Shown here one piece after another: positions 16,625 to 25,229 of a DNA stretch of 44,341 nt; position 1 is the stretch's first letter; each line of letters begins with the position of its first letter. Below the pieces are notes generated by a model. It ran no database searches, was not told where the DNA came from, and saw nothing but the letters and a program-made list of their open reading frames with translations. This DNA is from a virus. Its lineage: Duplodnaviria; Caudoviricetes. The stretch spans positions 1 to 44,341 of IMG/VR virus record IMGVR_UViG_3300020467_001103. One strand, 5' to 3'. The position numbers and the translations under genes were made by a program.

Positions 16625-18223
16625 ATGTTATTTGGTTTATTAACATTTTTAATTGCAATAACCATATCAAGTGTAGCAATCTATTACTCAGTAGCAGGAC
16701 TTGTGGCAATATTTGCCGCGGCGGCTGTGCCTATAATCATAATGGGTACTGCCTTAGAAGTTGGAAAACTTGTTGCCGCAGTATGGCTCCACAGGTATTG
16801 GAATAGGGCCGCCTGGTGGTTAAAGACATATCTATCCATTGCGGTAGTTGTATTGATGATTATCACATCAATGGGTATATTTGGATTCCTTTCAAAAGCA
16901 CACGTAGAACAAAATTTAGCCAGCGACACAGTCATACAAAGAATAGAGATCATAGAAGGCAAGATACTTGCTGAAGAGAAATACATCGAAAGGCAGAATG
17001 ATGTATTAGAGAGAATTCAATCCAAAGACAAAAGCGGTGTAGATAGATTTAATCAAGACATAGCGATAGAACAAAAGAAGATAGATGACGCCTATGCTAG
17101 AATAGAAGTGTTAGATGCTGATGTAGAAGCATTCACATCACGTAATAAAGGATTTGGTGGAACTGGTAGAGTCAAACAAGGACTTGAATTGAGAGAGAAA
17201 CAAGGTCCTGAACGTGAAGCACTGATGCTTAAAATCGAACAAGCATCTAATAAGATTGACGAAATAAGAGAAAAGAACGATAAGTCACTGGACAAAGTTG
17301 ACAATCAAGTTGCAATAGCAGAAAAGAATATATTTGATTCCACTACTAGAATAGACGGTTTCCTGCTTGATTTAGAGCCTTTAAAAGGGCAAGTTATGAA
17401 GTTGGAGTCCGAGGTAGGGCCTATAAGATATATTGCTGAATTTGTGTATGGAGAAGAGGCAGATAGGAACTTATTGGAAGAAGCAGTAAGATGGGTAATC
17501 ATAACTATTATATTTGTATTTGATCCATTAGCAGTGTTATTGTTGATTGCTTCGCAGTACACTTTCCGTTGGAGATATATTGATGCAGGAGGTAAAACAA
17601 CTCCGCCTGCTCCTAGTAAGCCACCAAGCACTCCATCAGCACCTAAAGGTGGATTAAAGTTGAGTGCCATTGCACCTAAGAAAGAACCAAGAACTACAAG
17701 TAAACCTATCAAGTTAAGTGATATATCCAATGCTAAGACTATACCTAATAAAAAAGTAGAGCCTAAGGTAGAAGTTAAAGTAGAGGAAGTAAAGTATGAC
17801 CCCGAACCAGTTAAAAAAATTACAGAAGATAAAGAAAAAGAGTTTAAACAAAGAGAAAAAGAAGAGGTTGAAGCATTGAGACGTGTGTCGTACGAAGCAA
17901 AAGAATCTGACGAAAAGATACAGGCAAACAAACAAGAATGGAAAGAACAAAATCCAAACGACACAATACACAGACATAAGGAACTATACATCAAAGGTTT
18001 TATAGATGAATTGCCTTGGGAGAATATGCCTGTTAAGGAAGAGCCACCTATGCCTTTAGAACAATGGAACGCAATGATCGAATCAGCAGAGAAGGAAGTT
18101 GCAAAAGAGGAACCAAAAAAAAAGACTTCCAATTACATAATGAGAGCGGAGACGGGCGACAAACAAGTGAAAGTCAAGGACAGAGTACCAGCGGAAGAAT
18201 CAAACCAAACCTCACAGAATTAG
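16625..18223 (+). CDS. Large membrane protein with coiled-coil domain; probable alternative C-terminus via -1 frame
   Basis: Three N-terminal TMs, long coiled coil, EVGPIRYIAE, IIFVFDPLAVLLL TM, Pro/Lys-rich tail; AGGAG SD. Confidence 0.85.
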   Translation: MLFGLLTFLIAITISSVAIYYSVAGLVAIFAAAAVPIIIMGTALEVGKLVAAVWLHRYWNRAAWWLKTYLSIAVVVLMIITSMGIFGFLSKAHVEQNLASDTVIQRIEIIEGKILAEEKYIERQNDVLERIQSKDKSGVDRFNQDIAIEQKKIDDAYARIEVLDADVEAFTSRNKGFGGTGRVKQGLELREKQGPEREALMLKIEQASNKIDEIREKNDKSLDKVDNQVAIAEKNIFDSTTRIDGFLLDLEPLKGQVMKLESEVGPIRYIAEFVYGEEADRNLLEEAVRWVIITIIFVFDPLAVLLLIASQYTFRWRYIDAGGKTTPPAPSKPPSTPSAPKGGLKLSAIAPKKEPRTTSKPIKLSDISNAKTIPNKKVEPKVEVKVEEVKYDPEPVKKITEDKEKEFKQREKEEVEALRRVSYEAKESDEKIQANKQEWKEQNPNDTIHRHKELYIKGFIDELPWENMPVKEEPPMPLEQWNAMIESAEKEVAKEEPKKKTSNYIMRAETGDKQVKVKDRVPAEESNQTSQN

Positions 18224-18294
18224 TATATCCAGAATCCTACATACAGAACGAAGAGCAAGACACCAAATCACATTGGAAAAAAATTATCGAATAA
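18115..18294 (+). CDS. -1 frame alternative C-terminus of 16625 ORF (candidate)
   Basis: CCA AAA AAA AAG A9G site 18115-18124; -1 frame open to TAA 18292-18294, filling the gap to the next gene. Confidence 0.5.
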   Translation, partial: KKKDFQLHNESGDGRQTSESQGQSTSGRIKPNLTELVYPESYIQNEEQDTKSHWKKIIE

Positions 18295-18310
18295 CTGAAT
18301 AATTATTAGT

Positions 18311-18724
18311 ATGACCAAAATTACTATGATCACTGAACCCGATAAATTGTTAAACGACAGGGTAAGTGTTTTATTGGTTGTACCTGATGATGATTTAAAA
18401 GCACAATTCAACAACATAATGAAAGAGATGGACATAGAAGTAAATCTTTATATGTGGGAGTTGGGTGATCCTGATTACGATAGCAATATTAAATGGTTAG
18501 TAGAAGTTGCTAGAGACGTGGACCATGTAATTTTAAATTGTGATGGTATGTGGAAGGATAGATGGATAGTGGGATATCTATTACAATTAAGTCATTGCTA
18601 TTTCAGACACATGGGATCCACAGAAGCATTTGGATACAATATAGTGAATAATAATAAGATATGGGACTTAAAATATCTTAAAGAACATATTGAACAATTG
18701 AAGCAAAGGAAAAATGGACATTAA
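18311..18724 (+). CDS. Hypothetical phage protein
   Basis: 137 aa ORF in tiling path. Confidence 0.7.
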   Translation: MTKITMITEPDKLLNDRVSVLLVVPDDDLKAQFNNIMKEMDIEVNLYMWELGDPDYDSNIKWLVEVARDVDHVILNCDGMWKDRWIVGYLLQLSHCYFRHMGSTEAFGYNIVNNNKIWDLKYLKEHIEQLKQRKNGH

Positions 18725-19394
18725 AGCAGACTTGTGGTTTCCAACAGTGGTATGGAATTACCAACTAAAACAAATAAACGATGCAGAATTGCGTGACTAT
18801 GTCATTAATTTTAGACAGGACGATCCAGGCAAGACAGCATCTAACTATGGTGGATGGCAAAGTAGAAACATAGATATACTAGACGAACGTCCATTAAACA
18901 TAGAAAAATTTATTGTTGCACTACAACAAAACGTAGATGCCGCGGCTAAGATGGCCAACCTACCTAAGTTGCAGATATGTGATTACTGGTGGAACATTAA
19001 TAATAAAGGTGATTACAATCATCCACATCATCATAGGGATAGCATATTGAGTGGAGTATATTATATAGATGTTCCTGACGAGAATATGGGTGATATACAT
19101 TTCGAACGTGAAGATGATGCTGAATACTTCCTACCAAGATTTATGCCAGGTAGAAATCAAATAACGGCAGTGAGAGCATCTTACAAACCAAAAACGGGAA
19201 ACGGTCTTATATTTCCTAGTTGGGTAAAACATTCGGTAGATGGCAATCAATCAGATAAGCCAAGAATATCAATGAGTTTCAACACAGCCATTTCTATGGA
19301 CAAGGCTAATGACGAATTGGCGAGCATGAATGGTATGCCTACAACAAAAGATATGGCTCCACCACCAGAGCCACCAAAGTCAATTGACAAATAA
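18714..19394 (+). CDS. 2OG-Fe(II) oxygenase (TIGR02466-like)
   Basis: SNYGGWQS, HxH..LSGVYY, LIFPSWVKHSV, RISMSFN. Confidence 0.9.
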   Translation: MDIKADLWFPTVVWNYQLKQINDAELRDYVINFRQDDPGKTASNYGGWQSRNIDILDERPLNIEKFIVALQQNVDAAAKMANLPKLQICDYWWNINNKGDYNHPHHHRDSILSGVYYIDVPDENMGDIHFEREDDAEYFLPRFMPGRNQITAVRASYKPKTGNGLIFPSWVKHSVDGNQSDKPRISMSFNTAISMDKANDELASMNGMPTTKDMAPPPEPPKSIDK

Positions 19395-19412
19395 AATCTA
19401 GTGTGTTAATAT
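19384..19412 (+). promoter_or_regulatory. Sigma70-type promoter
   Basis: TTGACA-N17-TAATAT, ATG 7 nt downstream. Confidence 0.7.
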
Positions 19413-19419
19413 ACATTAG

Positions 19420-20121
19420 ATGGCAACTTCTAAAGATAAAAAAGTTCTAATAGAAAAAATCAAAAACGAAAGAAAGTTTTACGAATTTAGATTCGAAGCA
19501 TACGGCGGCGAGGCTGTAATGGGTTTTGTTACTAAAGAAGCATACGATTATTGGACAGAAAAATCCAGCAGGGACTTTGATGCCTACATGGCTGAATATA
19601 GAGATTCTAATCTTGTTGGCAAAGTGCCGAGAAGTTGCCAAATACACAAAGACTGGTACGAACATGACGACATAACACACGCATCAGGAGTAGAATTTAC
19701 CGCACAGAATACATTATATATTGATCAATATGATAAGGACTTTAAGTATGAAGATTGTATCATGCAGATACCTTTGGACTTAGACGAGTTTTACAAATTA
19801 GGAATCAAATGCATAGACCATGGAAGTTTTGATAGTGATCATTCCGTTGTAGAGAACAGGCATTACTTTTTTGGACAAAGTTTTGAAAAAGGTGTTTGGT
19901 ATACAGAAGAAAAGATCAGAGGTGGTCCGCATGGATTGGAACTGAACAAAGTGTTTTTAGATTACCAAGCAATTGATGGTTGGCCCGTTATCACAGGAGT
20001 ACAATATGAAGGTTATGATTATTACCTTACTGCCGACACCAGAGGCAAAAGTCTTAATATGAGCCTGCATGAAGGATATCAAACACAGGATTTTGGTAAA
20101 GAAAGTGTAAAAAATGTATAA
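19420..20121 (+). CDS. Hypothetical phage protein
   Basis: 233 aa acidic ORF, YGGE and SFEKG motifs. Confidence 0.75.
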   Translation: MATSKDKKVLIEKIKNERKFYEFRFEAYGGEAVMGFVTKEAYDYWTEKSSRDFDAYMAEYRDSNLVGKVPRSCQIHKDWYEHDDITHASGVEFTAQNTLYIDQYDKDFKYEDCIMQIPLDLDEFYKLGIKCIDHGSFDSDHSVVENRHYFFGQSFEKGVWYTEEKIRGGPHGLELNKVFLDYQAIDGWPVITGVQYEGYDYYLTADTRGKSLNMSLHEGYQTQDFGKESVKNV

Positions 20122-20162
20122 TTTGCTCTTGAATTATCGTAATGAGTTATTATATAATAGTG

Positions 20163-20249
20163 TATCACGTAAGGTGATAAATAAAAATGTAAGTTGCTTG
20201 GATAGGACTTACATTAAATTAACTTGCTTAATAAGGAGGAAAAGCGATG
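20163..20249 (+). promoter_or_regulatory. ROSE-like RNA thermometer in hsp20 leader
   Basis: Three hairpins; the last has CTTGCT (20223-28) pairing with SD AGGAG (20234-38) around a bulged G; CTTGAA at 20128 upstream. Confidence 0.65.
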
Positions 20250-20699
20250 ACAAACAATAAAGCACTATCTATATTCAATCAATTAAGACCAGTAACAGTA
20301 GGATTCGACAATGTGTTCGATCATTTCGAAAGTATGTTCGATGACGGATTCATGAGAATGCCAACTGCTACAAACTTCCCACCGTACAACATAGTGAAGA
20401 CTGGTGAATACACGTACGACGTAGAACTTGCACTTGCAGGTTTTTCTAAGGACGATATCGAAGTTCACTACGAAAACAATATGTTGACTGTGAAGTCCAA
20501 GCAGAAGGAGAAGTCCGAAGCAAAAGACTCAGACGGTGTGATACACAGAGGCATCAGTAAGAGATGGTTTAGTAAATCATTCACTATTGCTGACGATGTG
20601 GAAATCAAAGGAGCGGAATTAAAAGATGGCTTGTTGAAAGTATCTATGGAAAGAATTGTTCCAGAAGGTAAAAAAGCAAGATCAATCGAAGTGAAGTAA
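20247..20699 (+). CDS. Small heat-shock protein Hsp20 (IbpA-like)
   Basis: FPPYNI, ELALAGF, HRGISKRWF, AELKDGLL, RSIEV. Confidence 0.96.
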   Translation: MTNNKALSIFNQLRPVTVGFDNVFDHFESMFDDGFMRMPTATNFPPYNIVKTGEYTYDVELALAGFSKDDIEVHYENNMLTVKSKQKEKSEAKDSDGVIHRGISKRWFSKSFTIADDVEIKGAELKDGLLKVSMERIVPEGKKARSIEVK

Positions 20700-20710
20700 C
20701 TTTGAATATG

Positions 20711-20732
20711 GGTAGGGTGGAAACACCCTACC
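20711..20732 (+). terminator. GNRA-capped hairpin after hsp20
   Basis: GGTAGGGTG-GAAA-CACCCTACC. Confidence 0.75.
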
Positions 20733-20748
20733 TAACTTAAATAGTATT

Positions 20749-21054
20749 ATGACAACTGAATTAGACGTAAAAGTAGACAACAAAGTAAAGGCAATCCAAA
20801 AGGAGCCATCCAATTACACTGTGATTCTTTTGAATGACGATGTGACTCCGATGGACTTCGTAATAGAATTAATAGTAAAGATTTTTAGACACACCCCAGA
20901 AACGGCAAAAGATTTAACCTTAAAGATCCATAAGGAAGGTTCGGCAGTCGTTGGTATATATACATATGAAATAGCAGAGCAGAAAGGTATAGAGGCGACC
21001 AACGAAAGTAGAACAAGAGGTTTTCCTCTACAGGTTAAAATTGAACAAGAGTAA
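20749..21054 (+). CDS. clpS: ATP-dependent Clp protease adaptor ClpS
   Basis: VILLNDDVTPMDFV, IHKEGSAVVGIY..EIAE.K, FPLQ. Confidence 0.95.
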   Translation: MTTELDVKVDNKVKAIQKEPSNYTVILLNDDVTPMDFVIELIVKIFRHTPETAKDLTLKIHKEGSAVVGIYTYEIAEQKGIEATNESRTRGFPLQVKIEQE

Positions 21055-21601
21055 TTTAAAAGAACTTACCAAACAAGTACACCAAGACGCAGAACGACAA
21101 GAGTTCGTAGGAGAACTAATGTCTGGCAAGATGTCAAACGAAATGTATGCCACGTTCTTGTGGAACCAACATTCTATCTACAATTTATTAGAAGTATTTG
21201 CAATGAAGCACGGACTTCTAAATGAATTTCCTGCCATAAGAAGAGCACCTAAAATATTAGCGGACTTTAAACAACTTTGGAAATCCAACGAGATGCCAGT
21301 TATTACTGAAAGCACAAACAAATATTTGAAACACGTATTTGAAATAGGAGAGGATCCTGAAAAATTAATGGCACACATATACGTTAGGCATATGGGAGAC
21401 TTGTCAGGTGGACAGATGATTAAAAAGAAAGCACCAGGGCAAGGTAGTATGTATGAATTCGATTGTGACATAAAGGAAACAAAGGAAAAAATAAGAGCAA
21501 AAACAAACGATGGTATGGCTGATGAGGCTAAACTATGTTTCAAGTATGCCGCAGAACTATTCAAGGAATTGTATGCCCAGAAGAAAGAAACTGACCAATA
21601 A
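21041..21601 (+). CDS. hemO: Heme oxygenase
   Basis: LKELT..VHQDAE proximal His; AHIYVRHMGDLSGGQ signature. Confidence 0.93.
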   Translation: MNKSNLKELTKQVHQDAERQEFVGELMSGKMSNEMYATFLWNQHSIYNLLEVFAMKHGLLNEFPAIRRAPKILADFKQLWKSNEMPVITESTNKYLKHVFEIGEDPEKLMAHIYVRHMGDLSGGQMIKKKAPGQGSMYEFDCDIKETKEKIRAKTNDGMADEAKLCFKYAAELFKELYAQKKETDQ

Positions 21602-21788
21602 GTGGGACCTAATAAAAATTAAAGTATTAGAAGACGAAATAGAATATTTTAAAAGTTGTATTCAAGAACATGACACAGGTCATATCTACACTACAATAGA
21701 TGCTTTGGAAACAAGAGTTAAATTACTTAAAGGAATAGAAACAGATGATCCTTTCCTTCATCACAGAACGGATCCTAATTTAATATGA
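21573..21788 (+). CDS. Small hypothetical protein
   Basis: ATG 21573 after AAGGA; HDTGHIYTTI motif. Confidence 0.6.
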   Translation: MPRRKKLTNKWDLIKIKVLEDEIEYFKSCIQEHDTGHIYTTIDALETRVKLLKGIETDDPFLHHRTDPNLI

Positions 21789-22483
21789 GTTTTATCTGGG
21801 ACACATTAATAGATTGCCAAGAACAAATTATAAAAGAGTTTGATGCCAGAGGCAAAGAAATACAAGAAGAGGGTATGGCACAATTCAATCAACCAGACAA
21901 TGGTTGGATCAATAGAGTATGGCAAACGGAAGATTGTAGACGCTGTCATATAGACGTTGTTGATGCTAGAGATTCCAAGGCTTTGTGGATGATGCACGTA
22001 TGCATCTTTCCTAATCTAGAAAACAATGGACCTATATACGGCTTTGATGTTATTGCAGGTAAAAACAAAATGACAGGAGCATTCCATGATTTTTCAAGAA
22101 GTTCAGGTGGAGAAGCACATCCTTTAATAGATTGGTACAAAGAATCAGTAGAAGATTTTATACCAAGCAAGAGACGTGAACTACCCGAGTGGGCACAGAA
22201 TATTTTTTCAAGTTCTATGCTGGCGGCTGGAAATGTAAAGACAGACGAAGAGGCAAAAGCAATAGTCAACCTTGCTATAAAGAATTTAAAAGTTTATTTC
22301 GATTCAATTGCCGAATACAACAATACAGCCAAAAAAGAAGACACAATTGAAGCACAAAACTATTACTGTCATAACCAACAACAAAATCCACACACACCAA
22401 GAGTAATGAAATCCTTGGGTCTTAATGAAGCAGATGTAGAACTATTTTGTACAGATGCACTATTTCCAAAAATAAAAGACTAA
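21785..22483 (+). CDS. pcyX: Ferredoxin-dependent bilin reductase, PcyX-like
   Basis: D57/H71/D88 arrangement (HIDV, MMHVC, GFDVI), AFHDFS, RELPEWA, YCHNQQQNPHT; paired with heme oxygenase. Confidence 0.85.
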   Translation: MSFIWDTLIDCQEQIIKEFDARGKEIQEEGMAQFNQPDNGWINRVWQTEDCRRCHIDVVDARDSKALWMMHVCIFPNLENNGPIYGFDVIAGKNKMTGAFHDFSRSSGGEAHPLIDWYKESVEDFIPSKRRELPEWAQNIFSSSMLAAGNVKTDEEAKAIVNLAIKNLKVYFDSIAEYNNTAKKEDTIEAQNYYCHNQQQNPHTPRVMKSLGLNEADVELFCTDALFPKIKD

Positions 22484-22505
22484 TAAAATAGCGATGTCTG
22501 TGCGT

Positions 22506-22534
22506 TTGACATTGATTAAATTTTTTGTTATAAT
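22506..22534 (+). promoter_or_regulatory. Consensus sigma70 promoter
   Basis: TTGACA-N17-TATAAT, ATG 6 nt downstream. Confidence 0.85.
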
Positions 22535-22540
22535 GTAAGT

Positions 22541-22714
22541 ATGAAGTTAAGCCAAATGCATACACCGGATCAAGTAAAGGCAAAGTCTAATGCAGTAGAT
22601 GTTAAGATGCAGGAATTAAAAGATGCAGTAGACAAAAATATGCCTTATGACCATATAAAGTTTCTTGTTGACGATCTAGCGGTATTGATTAGAGAATTAC
22701 AGAATGCTGGTTAA
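22541..22714 (+). CDS. Small hypothetical protein (57 aa)
   Basis: MKLSQMHTPDQV...; directly after promoter. Confidence 0.6.
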   Translation: MKLSQMHTPDQVKAKSNAVDVKMQELKDAVDKNMPYDHIKFLVDDLAVLIRELQNAG

Positions 22715-23174
22715 TATTGTTGGTGGCAACAAAACAATAAGGTCACTTACCCAAAGTTTAGTAGATTATTGTGCCGATAAACTTAATCTAAATAATTCAA
22801 TCATATTAGATATAGAATTTTCAAACAAGTTGTACAAGGAAGATGGTTTACTTGGTGAGATTGATTTCGATGATAACAATCACAGACCCAAAGAGTTTAC
22901 AATGACTGTGGACAAGACAGTTTCTAAAAGAAGAATGTTGGAAACTATTGCACACGAAATGGTGCACGTAAAACAATATGCCAAGGGTGAGTTGGTAGAT
23001 TTATCCAGATGTGGATCTACGAAATGGCAGAACGAAGTGATCAACAAAGATACGAATTACTGGGACCTACCATGGGAGGTTGAAGCACACGGTAAGGAAC
23101 TGGGCCTGTTCATTAGATGGGCAGAGGACAACAAACTGGGCAAATATGCATGGACCCAGGAAAAGTACGCATAA
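22704..23174 (+). CDS. Zincin-like metallopeptidase
   Basis: AHEMVHVKQ and PWEVEA motifs. Confidence 0.8.
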   Translation: MLVNIVGGNKTIRSLTQSLVDYCADKLNLNNSIILDIEFSNKLYKEDGLLGEIDFDDNNHRPKEFTMTVDKTVSKRRMLETIAHEMVHVKQYAKGELVDLSRCGSTKWQNEVINKDTNYWDLPWEVEAHGKELGLFIRWAEDNKLGKYAWTQEKYA

Positions 23175-23219
23175 AACCCTAAAATTAATTTTTATAATAT
23201 ACTACTATAATTAATCTCT

Positions 23220-23243
23220 GGTGCTTTTTCAGAGCACTTTTTT
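23220..23243 (+). terminator. Intrinsic terminator
   Basis: GTGCT...AGCAC followed by T run. Confidence 0.55.
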
Positions 23244-23257
23244 AATTAAATAGTAGT

Positions 23258-23710
23258 ATGAAATCCAAAAGACATTATAAGATCAAAATCAAGAAGGCTC
23301 TTGAGAGACGAGGCGACGAAGAGGACTACTTTCCTACAGAAGCCGTTGCTGTCAGATGGTATAATATCTTAAATCAATCATTATTCGAAAACAAATTAAC
23401 ACGTCCTCAATTGATTGTAAAAAGATTGAGAGGATGTAAAGGTCAATTACATATGGATTGGGACGCAAGATATTCTAGAAAAGGAACTTGCAACCAGAAT
23501 CACATTCCATATCACAATCCAACTTTCGCTTATGTGATAGAATTACATCATAGATTTGAAACTTGGAGAACGTTCATAGAAACACTTGCACATGAAATGG
23601 TCCACCAATGGCAAGTAGAAATAGTCAAGGACCCAACAGCCAACCACAACAAGAATTTCTTTTCTTGGAGAGAAAAATTTTCAAAGTATAGAATGGATTT
23701 GGGTTTATAA
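23258..23710 (+). CDS. SprT-like zinc metalloprotease
   Basis: LNQSLFENKL, TLAHEMVHQWQ, HNKNF. Confidence 0.85.
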   Translation: MKSKRHYKIKIKKALERRGDEEDYFPTEAVAVRWYNILNQSLFENKLTRPQLIVKRLRGCKGQLHMDWDARYSRKGTCNQNHIPYHNPTFAYVIELHHRFETWRTFIETLAHEMVHQWQVEIVKDPTANHNKNFFSWREKFSKYRMDLGL

Positions 23711-23732
23711 GAAGTTAAAACCTATATTTATC

Positions 23733-23906
23733 TTAATCCGGTTTAGTTAGATCATCTAGGGTGATTATGTGGGATTTTGGAAAAGTTCTTGTTCCGTCTT
23801 TTGGTTTTTCGCTCACAACTTTTGGTTTTACACGTGCCAAATTCCGGACCTGTTTATTGGCTTTCTTCTGCTCTCTTCTAATAACTCTGTCAGACTTTTT
23901 AGCCAT
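23733..23906 (-). CDS. Small basic protein (57 aa, missed by ORF track)
   Basis: MAKKSDRVIRREQKKANKQ...ITLDDLTKPD*; GGAG SD on minus strand. Confidence 0.65.
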   Translation of the reverse strand: MAKKSDRVIRREQKKANKQVRNLARVKPKVVSEKPKDGTRTFPKSHIITLDDLTKPD

Positions 23907-23939
23907 ATAAACATCTCCATAAAAATACTTATTTGGTTA

Positions 23940-23968
23940 TTGACTTTCCTGCCAAATAGTGTTATATT
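23940..23968 (+). promoter_or_regulatory. Sigma70-type promoter heading the rpsU-to-hydroxylase block
   Basis: TTGACT-N17-TATATT with TG upstream. Confidence 0.7.
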
Positions 23969-23982
23969 TTAGTGTATTTGAT

Positions 23983-24195
23983 ATGTATAATAAAGATAAT
24001 AAAAAAATATACTTAAATGACGCAGTCAGCAAGGAAGGTGACTACGCATTAATATTTGATAAGGAAGGTGAATTAGTTAGTCTATTCATAGCAGAAGAAT
24101 TTAGTGATATGCCAGTACCTCAACAAATAAAAGATATTTGTAAACACATTTTTAATATCGACGTAGAAAAACATCAGGAGAGGAGGTTGCATTGA
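23983..24195 (+). CDS. Hypothetical protein
   Basis: ATG 23983 after promoter. Confidence 0.6.
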   Translation: MYNKDNKKIYLNDAVSKEGDYALIFDKEGELVSLFIAEEFSDMPVPQQIKDICKHIFNIDVEKHQERRLH

Positions 24196-24395
24196 CAATT
24201 AAGATTGAAGTTCGAAACAACAATGTGGAGAAGGCTTTAAGAGTTCTTAAAAAGAAATTAAAGAAAGAAGAAATTTTTCAAGAAATGAAAGATAGGCAGT
24301 ACTATCAAAAGCCTAGCGAAATAAGACGTGAAAGAAAAAAACAAAGAAGAATAGCAATTAAAAAAGCAGAAAAATTAAGAAGAAACTTTTTATAA
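24192..24395 (+). CDS. rpsU: 30S ribosomal protein bS21
   Basis: [26 protein letters not shown]; AGGAGG SD, TTG start. Confidence 0.95.
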   Translation: MTIKIEVRNNNVEKALRVLKKKLKKEEIFQEMKDRQYYQKPSEIRRERKKQRRIAIKKAEKLRRNFL

Positions 24396-24396
24396 G

Positions 24397-24834
24397 ATGG
24401 CAAACAGATTTCATTTAGCAATACCTGTAGGCGATATAACAGAAGCCATGAATTTTTATTGCAACGTGTTAGGTTGCGAGAAAGGTAATTCAGAATTCAA
24501 ATATCCAGATGCCTGGGTAGATATTAATTTTTGGGGCAACGAATTGACATTACACTCTTCAGAAGAGTTTGAAAAAGTAGAAAGCAAAAGACACAATGTT
24601 GATATGGGTAACGTCACAGTGCCACACTTTGGTGTTCACATCAGTGCAGAGGACTTTGCCAATTTGAAAGAGAGATTAGCAGAACACAAAATCAAATACA
24701 TAGACGAACCTTATGTTAGATTCGAAGGAACAGAATTAGAACAGGAAACAATGTTCATTGCAGACCCTTATGGCAATGCAATGGAAATAAAGACAATGAA
24801 AAATCCGGATACACTATGGAGAACAAACAAATGA
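24397..24834 (+). CDS. VOC/glyoxalase/extradiol dioxygenase family protein
   Basis: FHLAIPV, FY..VLGC, VPHFG, TMFIADPYGNAMEIK. Confidence 0.9.
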   Translation: MANRFHLAIPVGDITEAMNFYCNVLGCEKGNSEFKYPDAWVDINFWGNELTLHSSEEFEKVESKRHNVDMGNVTVPHFGVHISAEDFANLKERLAEHKIKYIDEPYVRFEGTELEQETMFIADPYGNAMEIKTMKNPDTLWRTNK

Positions 24835-25229
24835 CATTTGAAGAAAAGACAAAAGAGTATAGAGAACAAATTACTTCTTTAAAAGAAATAGATAGTTTAG
24901 AAGTCTACCAATGGCTTATTGGGTTAGGAAAGAAGTTAAATGAAAATCCTTTAAGCAAAGAAAAACAGACACAGGAAAACAAAGTAGTAAGATGTCAGTA
25001 TGATTTATATGTGGACAAAGAAGATGATACATTTAAGGCCTGGAGCAACGCAATGGTGGCAGGTGGGTATGCCTATGTACTTGTTGACATCTTTAATTCA
25101 ATCAGCAAAGAAGAAGCAAAGAATATTACTGTGGAAGATTTTAAAAAAATTAAACTAGATGAAATGTTGACCATGAATAGACAAACAGGGTTTTATGAAA
25201 TGGTTGAAAAGATGTTGAGAAAAATATAA
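24831..25229 (+). CDS. sufE: SufE family sulfur acceptor
   Basis: YQWLIGLGKKL, ENKVVRCQ (conserved Cys), LTMNRQTG. Confidence 0.8.
   Translation: MTFEEKTKEYREQITSLKEIDSLEVYQWLIGLGKKLNENPLSKEKQTQENKVVRCQYDLYVDKEDDTFKAWSNAMVAGGYAYVLVDIFNSISKEEAKNITVEDFKKIKLDEMLTMNRQTGFYEMVEKMLRKI

Noticed and set aside
17305-18132. 275-aa minus-strand ORF
   Set aside because: Ser/Phe/Leu-rich antisense shadow of the Lys/Glu-rich + strand gene
23769-23972. + strand 67-aa ORF in the track
   Set aside because: Phe-rich shadow of the SD-led minus-strand gene 23733-23906 and overlaps the 23940 promoter
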